DNA of 63,632 bases, filler included, from Sluysia triapertura (taxonomy: Eukaryota), in the NCBI GenBank assembly GCA_046118255.1. It is 5 parts of 5 records of this genome, joined end to end, with 100 filler letters (N's around TTAATTAATTAA, not from the genome) between each part and the next. Parts side by side here need not be neighbours in the genome. Positions count along the whole stretch, not along the records: positions 35,173 to 51,268 come from JBJNIA010210810.1; positions 51,369 to 63,632 come from JBJNIA010124523.1; 3 more parts are not named here. One strand, 5' to 3'. Position 1 is the first letter of the stretch. Each line of letters starts with the position of its first letter. Shown here piece by piece: positions 41,043 to 55,589 of the stretch. The notes beneath the pieces are model-generated. The model worked only from the letters and a program-made list of their open reading frames with translations. It was not told the origin of the DNA and searched no databases. The position numbers and the translations under genes were made by a program.

Positions 41043-41501
41043 ATACCAACTATTAAATTAATACCTAATGATAAAGAAACATTTGAAATTGATAACCATT
41101 AAAAATATAATTGATGATTTAAGAATGAGAGAAGTAAATGACGAAGAACCTGTTCTTTTTCTAAATATAAATGCTGCCATTTTGAGGAAAGTTTTATAGT
41201 GGTGTATTTAACATGAAGATCATCAAACACCACTAGAATATGATAAAAACAATGAAGGTAGAGTCGATGATATTCCTAGTTGGGATTTTTCTTATAGTTT
41301 AAGAAAAAAATGTTTGAATTGATTATGGTAGCTAATTATCTTGATATTAAAGGACTACTAGATATTTGTTGTGAGTTGACTCCAACTATGATTAAAGGTA
41401 AAGCTACGGAAGAAATTAATGGAATATTTAATATCAAATCGGATTTTACACTGCAAGAAGAAGAGGTTCGTAAAGAAAATGAACGGTATGAAGAGAAATA
41501 A
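41043..41501 (+). pseudogene. SKP1: SKP1 pseudogene, intronless and near full length
   Basis: IPTIKLIPNDKETFEID / TIKNIIDDL...EEPVLFLNINAAILRKVL*WCI*HED...DDIPSWDF / [20 protein letters not shown]...[34 protein letters not shown]. The start codon is lost, with two stops and frameshifts. Confidence 0.93.
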
Positions 41502-42568
41502 TTATTTCTATTGCGCTTGTGTATAATTAATAAAAACGAATACCAAGTCTTTTAATAAAAATTTCCCCCAATAATTATTCAGTAATGTTGCGTCTTTGAA
41601 AATTATTAATTACGCTTAATCAATATCAAAATCAAAATCTCAATAACTTAAGTGCTCACTATATTAAGTATAAATTATCAGTGATTTTCTTACTTTGATA
41701 ATAATAATTATTCATCTCAAAATTAAATTTTTGAAAATCAAATCAATAAACAATACAATAATTTACAAAAATCAAATACCAATTATTATTATTATAAATC
41801 TCCACTAAAAAATACTAAAAATGACTAAAATGACGAGATTAACAATAAATTTTATAATAGTTTAAAGGATGTATCAACATATCCAAAGAAACCAGAGGTG
41901 ACGCAACACTAAGGAAAATAGTAATTATTATTTACGATTATTTCTTAATAATAAACAAACATAAATTTCACAAAAGCAAAAGTTTTTTTTACTAAAATCC
42001 CCAAAAATAATATTATTTTTAATTATAAAATTAAGTCAAAGATTACTTAAAGTATGGATCTTCTCATTTGCATTATTAATTGTTGTAAAGTGAAATTTTT
42101 AAGTATTCCTTTATATATTTTGTCATCATCCAATCATTCCCAAATTTTGATTAAACATTCTCTCACACAAATCGCTGCAACGTTCTTTAAGATATAATCC
42201 GATAGTAATAACTTTGACATTTACATGGCACAGACTGTCAAACTTTATTAGATACAAAACATAAAAAATTGATTTACGATTATCTATTATTTTCCTTTAC
42301 TCTACTCGATCTACTTTTACTTAGATTAATTCTTACATTAAAATAACATTCATTATTATTGTTAACATAAATAAAAATAAGGAATTTAATTTTAGTTTCG
42401 GTTTTCACACGCAATTTTCTTATGGAAAATGTTTAAGCTTATTATCCCCAAACAAACCACTCTATCGGATTTCAAACTTACTTCTAGATTCTCCTCTTTA
42501 ACAACAATTATGTCGTATTCAATTCATTATATTTGCATCAAACTAAGTATAAAAAATTCAACATAGCA

Positions 42569-44010
42569 TAATTAAGAATTAATTAAAATTTGACTTTCCT
42601 CAATATTAAGGCTTTCCTTGCATGAAATCGGTTAAACCATTCCTTCATCGAAAGGTCTTTTCAAAACAAATATATACACAATTTCAAATTTAACATAGCA
42701 TTCCGCATTCAAAAGTTATTCACAAAAACGTACTTTTTCTTAATTAAGTTAATTAAGATTTTTAATTAATTAATCTATTTTTAGACTTAATCTTATTCTA
42801 CGTTTAAAGGTTTTATTAAGGTCCTAAAGTTATTTGATAGTTTATAAGGCATCAGGAGGCTTTAGATGTTTTCATCTTCACCTCTCTTATTTCTTTTTCT
42901 ACTTCTTCATTTTAATTATTACTATATTAGATTTATTCTTAATACCAATAACAACGATTTTATTTCTCAACTACTTTAAAGATTTTATACACTTTATGAG
43001 GTTACTTAAGGATCTCAAATGCTTATCGATATTCCAAGAATACTTAAAGGTTGCTAAGGTCTTAAATGATCTAAAGGTTCTAAAGTTCAAAAGGTGCCTT
43101 AATGCTTATAAAGGTTTTTCATGTCAATCTCAAGCTCCCACAAGGTCTCGAACCTTTATATAGGTCTTTGGAACCTTAAGATATTGTTTAGCTGTTAATA
43201 TCATTATAAATGTTTCTTTTTCATGATTCTTTTTTCAACAATGTTTATAATACTTCATCTATCCCTTCTCATCAATTATTCCTTCATTTGTAATTCTATA
43301 TGTCTTTTACTCGTTTCCCCATCCAAAGTTGAACAATCCCAACACTTACACAAATCATCAAAACCTCTTTTAAAGATTAAACCGTCTAAAATGAATTTAC
43401 CATTTACATGGTACATGTTTAAGGTTATCATTCCCAAACAAACCATTTCACAAGCACTTCAACCTCATTTTCGGATTCTTATATTTCATAACAATCACTC
43501 CATACCCAATTAATCATATCTTCATCATTCTAAATATGAAAATTTCGGCACTTTTAATTAAACATTAATTAAAATTCGACTTTATTCAATATAGAGGTTT
43601 GCCTCGCATGAATTCGGTCAAACCTTATCTTCATCGGAAGATCTCTTTACAGTTTTAACATAGCATTCCTCTTTCAAAAGTTATTCACTTAAGCGTAATA
43701 TTTCTTAACTAAGTTAATTAAGATTTTAATTAATTAATTATTTATTTTAACTTATTTTATTTTACGTTTAAAGGTTTTATTATGATTATAAAGGTACTCA
43801 GGAAGCTCTAGATGTTTTCACCTTCACCACACTGATTACTTTTTCTACTTTTTCATTTTAATTATTAATGTATCAAATTTATCTTTAATATTATTAACTA
43901 TGATTTTAATTCTTAAACTTTTTAAAGGTTCCAAACATTTTACAATATTACTCGAAGGTCTCAAAAGTTTATTAAGGTCTCAATACCGCACAAAGGTCTT
44001 TGGGACTCCA
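42569..44010. repeat. Diverged ~1-kb tandem duplication (about 42569-43190 versus 43555-44010)
   Basis: Colinear shared blocks: GCATGAA.TCGGT.AAACC, TTAACATAGCATTCC..TTCAAAAGTTATTCAC, TACGTTTAAAGGTTTTATTA, AGATGTTTTCA.CTTCACC, AGGTCTTTGG.AC. Confidence 0.85.
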
Positions 44011-44229
44011 AGGTGTTCTTCGGTATAAAAATGATTACAACATTTTACAGTTCATAATTTTTTGCTTTAGGAATATTTAATTCTGTTTATATTATCTTAG
44101 TTAAGGTATTTTATATCATTTTTTCTTACCTTGTAACCTTTTATCTATACAGTAACTGGACAATCCCAACAAAAGGATATACAAGAGCAATTTCTAGAAA
44201 TAATTACGATTTATGAGACTCCGTAAGAG

Positions 44230-44542
44230 GAAACAAAGTAATCAGCGAAAAACCATAAAGGATTCCGATTTGTAATCCAAAAGAAATGCAGACTAAAGAG
44301 AAACCATGAAGAAAGCTGGAATGATAAGACCAAGATTTCCACATTCTCATCTCAAGTATTTTTTGTTAAAAATGAAAATGGAATTATTGGATTTTTGCAT
44401 GGACTTTCTAGAACTAAAGAAAATAACAAGAAAAGATGTCTTTTCATTGCCAATGGTAGATGAAATGTTAGACAAACTAGGGATTGCTACATATTTTACT
44501 ACCATTGATTTGCAAGGCGGTTATTGGCATATAGAAATTTAA
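44230..44542 (+). mobile_element. Ty3/gypsy reverse transcriptase relic (N-terminal part)
   Basis: AGMIRP / FSSQVFFVKNENG / FCMDFLELKKITRKDVFSLPMVDEMLDKLGIATYFTTIDLQGGYWHIEI. Frameshifted and truncated before YxDD. Confidence 0.9.
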
Positions 44543-45376
44543 TTTACTTTATTTCGAAAAGTATTAGTGAAATACTTGAAAGGTCATAATAAATTTAACA
44601 AAAATGTAACATAAAAATATAGACTATATTGAGTTATAAATTTAAATTTGCAAGCATAAAGATCCTCTAATTAATACAAGGTAAGAATTACTAAAATAAT
44701 ACATATTTAAAATTTCACATTAAACACAATTATTTTAGTTACAGGAACGCCCACTCTAATCGGACCCTGGTCACTTTTATTTTTTACAGGTTTAAGAAAA
44801 CCATATTAAAATAACCAAATCTCTACCAGATATATATATAATTTTTAAATTAATATTCGGAAATGTATTTATTAGTAATTTGATGTTTATAAAATTATAT
44901 CACAGTATTTTGTGTGTAAAAGTGGAAATATCAGAATTATTTTTCAATTAAACATAATACAATATATTTTAATACAATTACACGTTTTAAAAAATTTAAT
45001 AACTTAAAAAATTTCATTATGTTTTGTTTTATTATTGCATCAGTGTTAAATTTAATTTATATTGATTTTGCATTATTGTTAAATTTATAAAAATAAATAG
45101 TATTTATATAACTAACTCATTTATTTTGAATTTTAATATTTCAAAATTATCTCATTAACAATTTTTAAAAATTATTTTTAAGTATAAGAGTTTAATGAAT
45201 ACTAATCGAGTTATTTGACGCTTTGTAATTTGTTATTTATTAAATTATTAATTAAGTTTTTAATGTTCACTGTTATTAATTTTTTATATAAATTAAATAA
45301 TTAACCTACTTTTGCAAAATTAATTTTGTTTAAAAAGTTGTTTAAGATTTGGAAATTAACTTTGTCGTAATTTTAG

Positions 45377-47557
45377 ATGTTCAAGATGCTCAATGAATGT
45401 CGTAAAACTAAATCAAGTTCTTGTAATATATGTTCAGAAATAATTCCAGAATCATATTCATATCCTGATATATGCAAGGATTATTTTCATTACAAGTGTT
45501 TGCGATCATATGTCGATAATAAATTAGAAAAAAATGAACCCATAAAGTGCCCAGTTTGTGAAAAATACTTTGGTCGCATAGCAAGTCAACATAAGAATTT
45601 TGATAGTCCTATATATCAAAATGTAATTTTAACTGGTGAAGAAAATCAATGTTTTATATGTTTTACAAAACTTAAGACACCTGTTGCTTGTTCAGATAGT
45701 TGCAGTCATGTGTATTGTTATGAATGTTACAAAAAATGGTGCACGTGTAAACATGAATGTCCAATGGATAGGCTTCCTGTTAAAATATTATTATTGAGTG
45801 ACTTTCCTGGTAGTCACATTATACGACGAGTAGAACCACCTCCTGTAGAACAAGATATAAATGGAGACGGTGATAATGATGAGTTAAATAACACTTTATG
45901 TGAGGTGTGTAATTTAGGAAACAACGATCATTTACTTTTGTTGTGCGATATATGTAATAAAGGTTACCACATATATTGTTTAAGAAATCCTTTGGACGAA
46001 ATTCCAGAAGGTGATTGGTTTTGTCCTGAATGCAGAAATTCATCTGACGATGATAATGCATCCGTTTATGAACGTAGATTATATAGAGGACTAAATTCTG
46101 TTGTGTCACGTTATGAGAATAGAGTAGGTTATTTGTATAGTTTGTATAAGTTTCTTTTTAGAACTTTGGTCAACGTAGAAGTGGCCGAATTATAGCTAGA
46201 AACAATACTACTAGGAATGATTTTACTATAAATACGAGGTTTGTGAGTGTATTTTGTCATTGTGGAAAGAAATTTTTTATTTTCATTTATTTGTAATCTT
46301 GTGAAGTTGAAAATTTCTCATTTATCTGTATTGTTTATATTAACACTTAAAACGCTGGTACATTTGCCAGAAACCTTATTTAAAGTGCCTTAATATTTGC
46401 AGTTTTGTAGAAGTGTACAAGTTATATTTACTATGTTGACATGATATTTATAAAAGATTTAAGTAGCAATTTTTAGGTAAAATAATTTTTTAAATCTGCA
46501 CATTAGGCCTTTTAGATTTCATTCTTCTGTAAACATTTATTTTTATGAAAAAAGTCGACGAAGTCATGAATTTTTTTTACAATTTTATGCTCTATTCTTT
46601 AAAATCTTGCATGAAAATATTGACATTACGTTTTGATATACTTTCATTTTACTTAGTAACAAACCAATATGAAAAGTCAACCACTAATCAACATCTTTTT
46701 TGAAATGAATAACATATAATTGTACTGATGGATTTCTGCTAAAGTATTTAAAGAAAATGTGATTGAAGACTTAAAGGGCTTATTCACCGGGGTTAAGATC
46801 AATATTCAATTTACAGAAAATACAAAAGTCACTCAATGACTTATACGTTATACAGATATGATGTATATGCTCAATTATTAATCAATCAGAATTACAATTT
46901 TATTGTAGATTTCTAATTATTTTATTCTCATTTCAAATTGAGGTTGAAAAATACTCTATTCCGCTGTAAATTGTAGCTCAAAAACTTTGTGTTATTTTAA
47001 GTGATTTTAGTTATATTACACTGATATTTTACTTCATTTTAAATTGAACTGTAAAACGCCGTATATTGGAAGGATGAATGAAAGAAAACAATTAATAAAT
47101 CCGTAACTTTTATTTACACTAATAGTAATATCAAAATGGAACTGCAATTAGTAGGTGTAAGATGAATAATTATTTTAAATATTTAGAGGTTTCATTTCTT
47201 TAAATACGTTAGGTCAACTCCTTTTTTAAATGGAGTTGAAAAAATTTAAGATTTTACCTAGATTTTATTCATCATTAAAAGGTAATAAACTTGATTAAAA
47301 TAATCGAACTAACAATAATTGACAAAATCAACGTTTGATGTTTAAATTGTGAAAGCAATTTATACTTTTTCCTACATTACAAATTGATTCTTCATTTGTT
47401 AATTTTATTTTCTGAATTAAAAGGTGATTCGTATTAAGTCTTTAAATTTTTTATTTTTGTGTTTTAATCATAAAAAGGTAGTTAATTTTATTTTCTCATT
47501 AAAACTTTATATTGAAGTTCTTAAATTTTCAACAAACTTGATCATAAAGTTTTTCAA

Positions 47558-47609
<52 letters not shown>

Positions 47610-50397
47610 TTATAACATTTTTGTTGTCAATTATCGTGTGTTCGTAATAAATGTTTTAATAAAATATCGTAAATCGTTTGATAATAAATGACTGATGGTA
47701 TTTGACATGACAGTACTAATTTTTTTCAGATTTAGTAATACTTTAAATGCACTGAAAATATGTAAACTGAAATTAATTAAGCCTTTCTGAAATTAGAAAA
47801 AGCCTATAAAATTTCGATCCAAAGGATGAGACCTGTGATAATTTAATGAAAGGTCATGGTTATGTAGATGTTTACGTAGAAGTGTATTTGAATGAAAAAA
47901 GAAAAGCGAAGTCATGCTAGAAGTTGATGTTTTTCCTAAACTGAACCATATTTATATAAGTAATGGCTAGAATTCACCGGCAAACAAAAATGTTTCCTTT
48001 TGGAAAATTAGCATACAAATGATGTTCGAATCAAAAGTTTTCAATCTTATAGACAATTGTAAATTATATGTTTACTGAACAAACAAATTTATTTGCTGCT
48101 CAAGAAAATAAAAATATTTTCATTCAAACTGAAGTCTGAAACACATTTCTATATTAAATAAATATTTTGACGAACTACTAATAAATAACGACATTTTGTA
48201 TTATAAAAATAATCAAATTTTTATTAACTTTAATTTATAGAAAATTCTTTCATCTCAACAACTAGTTTAGTGAAATTTGTTAAAATTGGTTCTAATTGTC
48301 TTTGTGAATGTTAAAACCAATTACCTGGATATCAACATGTTTGCAAACTAGTAAAGAGAAGAAACTGTTTATATACTACATGAGTACGTGCCAAATTATA
48401 CCATGTATCCAATATGTGTATTCATGATTGTCAGTGCGTTCAGTAGTATGATAGTTATATGATAGCAATTATACTTATATGAAGTATCATTAAATAAAAA
48501 ATTAACAAATACATTATAAATGTAATTTTTTCGATCCATTATTTTAAATGTGCTTCGGTAAGCTAAGTTGTATATTCGTTTATGGATTTTCAATCTATGT
48601 TGTGGTAGAGCTCTTATTAAAATTATTATTATAATCTACAATAGTAGCAAATGATTTAGTTTTTATGGGTTATTCTCACGTAAAGAGTATTGTAACATTT
48701 TCTGATTTAATTTATTTGAATTTTTACTTTTCAGAAGACGAAGAAATCGATTGATTGAGGATGACGATGATGAAAATGATAATCAAGTAACTGAAAATGG
48801 TGTATCTGAACGTGTTGCTCCAAGGTTTAATATTTTTTGTTTAAATAAAAAATATACGTTAAAACATGAAAATCGTGTATAATTTTAATGCCTTATAACA
48901 TGACATTAAAAAAACAAGCAAATATATAACTTTTCTATATGCTTGAACTAGTCTTATATACAAAATTTTTTTAGAATACAGAATTAAATGTGCTTTTTAA
49001 AAACGTACACTTGATTAAGTTTCTTTGAGTTTGATTTCTTTACATTTTTTGGAAACAGTATAGAATCCTACATAAATATTGTCTAATATTCATGCTTTAA
49101 ATAAATAATTTTATATTTAACGGAATCAACGATATCTAAATTAATCTTTTTCATATTTTTTAGTACTAGTACCAGACGGAATTTACTTAGTGATTCAGAC
49201 GAATCTAATACAATAATTACTACTAATTCCACAAATAACATTGAATCAGATAATAGTGAAACATCTAAAAGCAGAGAATTAAGGAATGAAAATTTACATA
49301 TAGCAACACCGTCTTCAACATCTGTAAGAGGTAGAGGAGTTACTTCTAGTTATCAACGCACTAGAAGCAGTGGCAGAATTAAACGAAGAAATATTCGTTC
49401 TTTAAATTCTAGAACAAGGCGTCGAAAAGAAACCTACAGGCAAGAATCGCAAAGCAGCGAGTTGGAATCTGAAACTGATGATTTCGGTGCTATTATGATG
49501 AAATCAACAGATGAAGATTATGAGATTGATGATGACGATGATGAAGAATGCGATGATGATTTCGTTGAAAGTGAAAGTGATCATGACAGACATAAAAATA
49601 AACGAAGTGTAGTATCATCAAGAACCAACTATAGGCGTTTAAAAAATAAAGATTCTAAAAAAAGAAAGCGCATCTCTCGAAGTTTAACTCGTAGACAGTC
49701 ATCTGAGCGATCATCTCATCGATTTAGAAAACGTCCACGTTTAATGACAGATGATGAAGCTGGAGATAGTAACAGTAACAGCGACTCTAATAACAATCAC
49801 ATTATACCATCTACATCCAGTGCTGGTAGTGATGGGGTGTTGTTTTCAGAAACAATTACTACCTCCAAGACAGAATCTTGTCCAATAGAGCGAAATCGTC
49901 ACATTTCAGGTTCAACAGAATCATCAAACTGTTCAACAATTCCTTGTCGAAATTTATCACCAAATATCAACAAAACACAATATAGTTTCAGAGAACCATC
50001 GTCTTCAATAACCCAAACTACACATGTTAGCGACGAAACAGAATCTAAAGATGACTCTACTGCAACACAAAACAGTGTCCTAAATGATGATGATGATGTT
50101 GATTGGCATCCTGGTTTAGATGAAACAATAGTACCAAATTATTCCAAACGATCTCGAAAACAAAAGAAAAACATTAGCGTTCGAAGAAGTAGTAGAAAAA
50201 GGAAAAACCATTCAGTTTATTTCAATTTAAGACCTAGAAAAAAAACAAGATTTCCATCAAGTCAAGAAAAACCTATTTTTGCTAGATTAATGCCAACATT
50301 ATACAATCAGTTGAATATTAATGGACGTGGTATAGATGCACCTTATTTTGCAGATTCGTCGAATTCTTCACCTACTGAAGACAATTCCAAAAAGTAA
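45377..50397 (+). CDS. PHRF1: PHD and RING finger protein, PHRF1-like. Exons: 45377 to about 46123-46149, 48735-48824, 49164 to about 50393-50397
   Basis: A RING ending in CPMDR (the CPxDR signature of PHRF1/SCAF11) is followed by PHD CEVC..DHLLLLCDICNKGYHIYCLRNPLDEIPEGDWFCPEC, then R/S/acidic low-complexity exons joined in phase 2. The exon 1 donor is uncertain and 5'/3' completeness is unknown. Confidence 0.8.
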
Positions 50398-51935
50398 TTT
50401 TTGAGTTTATGATTAATATAAATGTACTTGATTGTTTTAATAGTATTATAAATTGTGTTGCGATAATGTTATACATCAACATAATTACTAGTTTTTAATG
50501 TTGGTTTATTATACTATACAATAATTAGTCAATTAATTGTACAAAAAAATACAAAATTAAAGTAAAAATGGCCAAAGGAATTATCTGAACTAAATATTAG
50601 AAAAAGAATAATTCTAATTTTAATTGAAAATGAGTAACATGCAAGTAAATGAAAATAATCGTACTTCTAAGCGCAACTTAGTTTGATGCGACAAAAGCCC
50701 AATATTTAAGTTATACCATTTAATCAATGACATGTAAGAATGAAAAATATTTGTATTCATGTTTATTGCATTTTAAAATAATTAAAAATAAAAATATTTT
50801 TAAAACTTTAGAAATTGATGTATTTGTAGTCAGTAGCACAGGAAAATTTCCTGTTTTTAAATTTAATATTTCTTAACATTTATAATTATACTTGTGGTAA
50901 TCTAACACTGCAATGATTATTAAAAAATTAATTTATTTTGTACGAATTTATAAAAACTGCAAAGTGCGCTGGAAACTCAACATTGCCTACTTAAACCATT
51001 TTTATGAAAAATCCTACTGTCTATGGGACGATTTTTTATTCATAAAAATTTTTATAAATGTTAAATATTTCGTCTATTTTGCCGATTAATTTAAATGTTA
51101 GATATATCTAATTTAATTCACTTTTTTTCACCTTTTTAATGTTATTAATAATTATAATGAGTTCTACGTAATATTTTTATCATTTATAAATTTTGTCTTA
51201 TTATTGCCGTAATCATCGATATTATTATTATTATTAAAAATAATTTCGTACAAAATAAACAATTATAANNNNNNNNNNNNNNNNNNNNNNNNNNNNNNNN
51301 NNNNNNNNNNNNTTAATTAATTAANNNNNNNNNNNNNNNNNNNNNNNNNNNNNNNNNNNNNNNNNNNNATGAAAAGTGCAATATATAACTTAGTATAATT
51401 TACTTTGAATATCATCCAATCATATTGCAGTCTTACATTCTATTATTTGGAAATAGATTTATTAATGTAATATAAAATTGATTTATTAGCTAATTATATT
51501 TATCATGTTTATAAACTACATTTTAAATTATTTTAACTGTAACAAAAACAAAATAATGACTCAAGAAATTTTATAGTGTTGCAAAATAAAACCTAATTTT
51601 TCTATAAATACTCAAAATTAAGTCTTTTCGAAATAAGGAAACACTTTGTGGTAGCTCACACCATAACTGACAATTTCAATATCGACAAGAACACAAAAAA
51701 GCTCAACTTCTTATCTCATACTTATAATACCTCGTGGTACAGTTAAGTATTAATTTATATAAAATCCGTGGTATTCTAAGTACTACCAGCACTCTACATT
51801 CAATTCATACTTTTCAAAATCTCCAATTAAATTCGAATAATCGCAGTCTTAACTCCACACTTGACAAAAGTAAAATGTTTAAAGTTAAATAAATTAAATT
51901 ACACAAACGAAGATCTAGTATTCTAAATTGCTTAA

Positions 51936-52012
51936 TACACAACTTATACACAACTTATACACAACTTATACACAACTTATACACAACTTATACACAACTT
52001 ATACACAACTTA
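51936..52012. repeat. 11-bp tandem repeat (TACACAACTTA) x7
   Basis: Perfect tandem units. Confidence 0.95.
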
Positions 52013-53380
52013 ATCTTTAATCTTTCTATGCAAAAATTACATTAAATAAAAATATAACAATAACTTTAAAATAATAATGATGATAGTAATAGTAATAATA
52101 AAAGCATTCAGTTAAACTTATAAATCGCTTTAATAATGTTTAACATTAAAGAGCTCGGAATAGCAAACTTTTACGTGATTTAATTATCATTTAGCATTAA
52201 TTATAGTAAGCGATATCAACTTTCTATTTAGCATAATATTTTCATTTCATCAATAAACTTTGAAAATGAATCAATATCTTCCAATAGTATGTAGCAAATC
52301 TCTAATTTCTGCCATTAGTGATAAATTAGATTTAATACTAAATCGGATATAAAGCGTTCCAGAAATAATCAAAAAATTCCATAATGATGATGACTTAAGC
52401 ACTTATATAAACCCTGTTTATAATTTAGTATTTTACGTAAAATACAATGAAAATTATGTATCCGTATATGAATTATAGTAAATTTAACAATGAGTTAGAA
52501 ACCTCTTTAAGGACATTCTTAGTTGTTAATAGAGTTAATGCGATTCAATATTTGAGTGGTTGTGGATTCGGCACCATTAGAATTTCAGTTTGTGATAGTT
52601 TGTGTAATAGTCATACGCAATTGTAGATTGTGAATATTGGCTGGAAATCAACAAATGTAGGAAGATCCAGATTTGCTTCTTAGTTCTATGGTATAAGAAG
52701 ATTTTGTCTGTGTCGTCTATCACTATTTCTAATCATCTTTCTGATACATATGCCAAAGACACTACTGATTTAGAAAATTTAAATACAATGACATGGCATG
52801 TTAATACATACTGTACATTTTATATTTATCGAAGTTCAATTTTACATTTAATTTGCATATTATAAATTCTAATATCTCTTATTATTTTTTCTTTCATTAA
52901 ACAGTAGATCTTGTCCTAATTAATGCGCAGTATAAATTTCAGTGCCTAATAAAATTTTATCATGAAATTTAAGTAAATAAAATAAAATAAAATAAGGTTA
53001 AAAGAAATTCTTGACTGCTGTACAAATTGGACATTGAGATTTCTCAGTTGTCAAATGACAATGCAGTCATAAAAATTGATAATATTGCAATAATACTCAT
53101 TTTTAATTTTTACAAAAGAAATAAAATAAAATAATGTTAAAAATTACTGAGATTATAATGTTGTATCAATTTAAAAATGAGATTACATATAGTTAATATA
53201 AATTCAAAGTTTAGTAACAAATAACAATCAAATTTAAATTGAAAATGTATAAATAATCATTTCAAAGTGAGATTTAATAAAGATAAAATGAAATTAAAAT
53301 TTTAATGAAAATAAGCAAGATTAAAAATATAAGGTATTAATATTGACAATTTCATAATCGAGAAATTAATAATAATAACT

Positions 53381-53431
<51 letters not shown>

Positions 53432-54922
53432 TAATTTATAATAATAATAATTTATAATAACTGCAAATAATTATTTAAATATCGAAATTATTATGCATTA
53501 ATGATTATTTATAGTAATAATACTGCTTTAGATTGATACATTAATTTAATACTATTTCGTTATATGATAGTAATAATACTAGTTTGAATTGTATTGATTA
53601 AATATTCTAATATTATTGTTATATGTCTACGATTAATTGAATTGACCATTAAAATACTATTGTAATTCTTACTATAATAAAAAACTATATATAAACGAGT
53701 AACAAGTCAACAATTCTCACACTCACACAAGGAAAAAGAATTTCAAGTTTGAGTTACAAAATAAATTCTTTGAACTGATAGTTATTGAAACTCAAAATTG
53801 TCGATATTTATCAAGTTGCCTATATCTAATTTTCAATTAACTGATACCTGATTGTTAAAAGAACTATATCATCGGAACCATTGATTTACTTTTGTATAAT
53901 TCCGAGTGTTTTTGTGAGGTAGTTTTTATTAGCTAGTAGTTTCGTTAACTAGTTTTTATTCTGCGAAAGGAAGGTGTTGAAAATAGAGCATAGGATTAGA
54001 ATTATATAAATATTATAAAGTCAAATTGAAATTAAAGAAATCCTTTTAAAGATTCTTAGAAAGTATATGGAAGAGTTTAAAATTTTCTTTTTTATAAAGC
54101 GAATCGAAATATTTAGTTTAGTAAAAATTAAGTTTTTTGTTGAATCATATTAGAGAACATACAGGAATTTAGATAACTAAACTTTAAACTGAGACGAGTA
54201 TTCCAGATAAGGTAAACATAATAGATAAAGTATATATTTTAAATGCAGAATAGAGGAAATTTGCATTAATAAAAGATTGTACCTTAGATAAATTTTAGTA
54301 ATATAACGTGAAAATATTATTAAAGAAGTTTAGATTGTTAGAGTTCATTCAAGCACACTCAAATTTTATAAAGAATTAACATCTATAATTAATTTTTACA
54401 ATATAATATGTATAACAATATTGGAAAAATATCATTCGATTGGTAACTGTTTAGGTAAATAGATAATCTAAGTCCTATTCATAACAAAAGCTCGTCCAGT
54501 TTTCATTTTTAATCAAGTTGTCAATTACTATTTCAACTTATTCCAAATATGTCGTGATAAGTATATATGCTCTTACTACAATGTTCACATTATGATTCCT
54601 AATAATTATTTCTTTCTCATTATTTATGACACACATAAGCTAGACTTTCATATGTTTGATCAAACCTACTCGGCTTAATTATAATTCATTTAACATAGTA
54701 AATTCAACATTCGAATACCACTGTCATACGAATTTTTATTTTTTAATTTTTAATTTTGCATGATCCACGGAACACTCTCGATGTCGCATTTCATTACATC
54801 AGTAAACATCTTAATATTCTTTTAATTTTCGGATATATTAATAATAATAATTTTTTTTAATTTTCAGAGCTTTTTATTATTAGTTCAAATTTGTAGATAT
54901 TAAAAAAATAATTTAATTTTTA

Positions 54923-54985
<63 letters not shown>

Positions 54986-55251
54986 TTACTATTATCTGGA
55001 TTTGACCTCGAGTTTTTATTAGGCAAAATATTCGATGCTTGATAATTATTTGCAATTGCATTATCGAGACTTATTTGAGCATCTGAAATAAATATAAATG
55101 TTACATAGGGTTTTATTTAGTTTTTTAGTTTGGATATTTGTTTTATTTTGTTATTGGAATTTTCCATTATAATAATGTAATTTTTATTACAAAATTATTA
55201 GGATTAATTACGAAATATGTCATTACGATTTAATAATTTGTACAAAATACA

Positions 55252-55306
<55 letters not shown>

Positions 55307-55495
55307 CGATCATGCAGAGTTTATGTTTCAAAAATATACAACCATCTACCAGATAATGTTAAATTACTGAAAGATTATGAGAAATTTAAAAAACAAATTT
55401 TATCTTTTTCAGAAATATTGCATTGAATAATATATTTAAGAGCTTTTGAAAACTTATTTTGAAGTAGTTATTGACGCAATGTAAGTTAGTGCATA

Positions 55496-55569
<74 letters not shown>

Positions 55570-55589
55570 ATAATTTACTACAATATAAC

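Noticed and set aside
800-41501. Alternative genetic code to explain in-frame stops in TRNT1, RABL2 and SKP1
   Set aside because: Frameshifts co-occur with the stops, all three stop codons are involved, and the SSH and PHRF1-like exons read cleanly in the standard code.
45819-46109. Minus-strand 96-aa ORF (also 790-975, 2253-2474, 15779-16027, 16636-16833, 21041-21223)
   Set aside because: Shadow or off-frame ORFs over or next to identified exons and pseudogenes.
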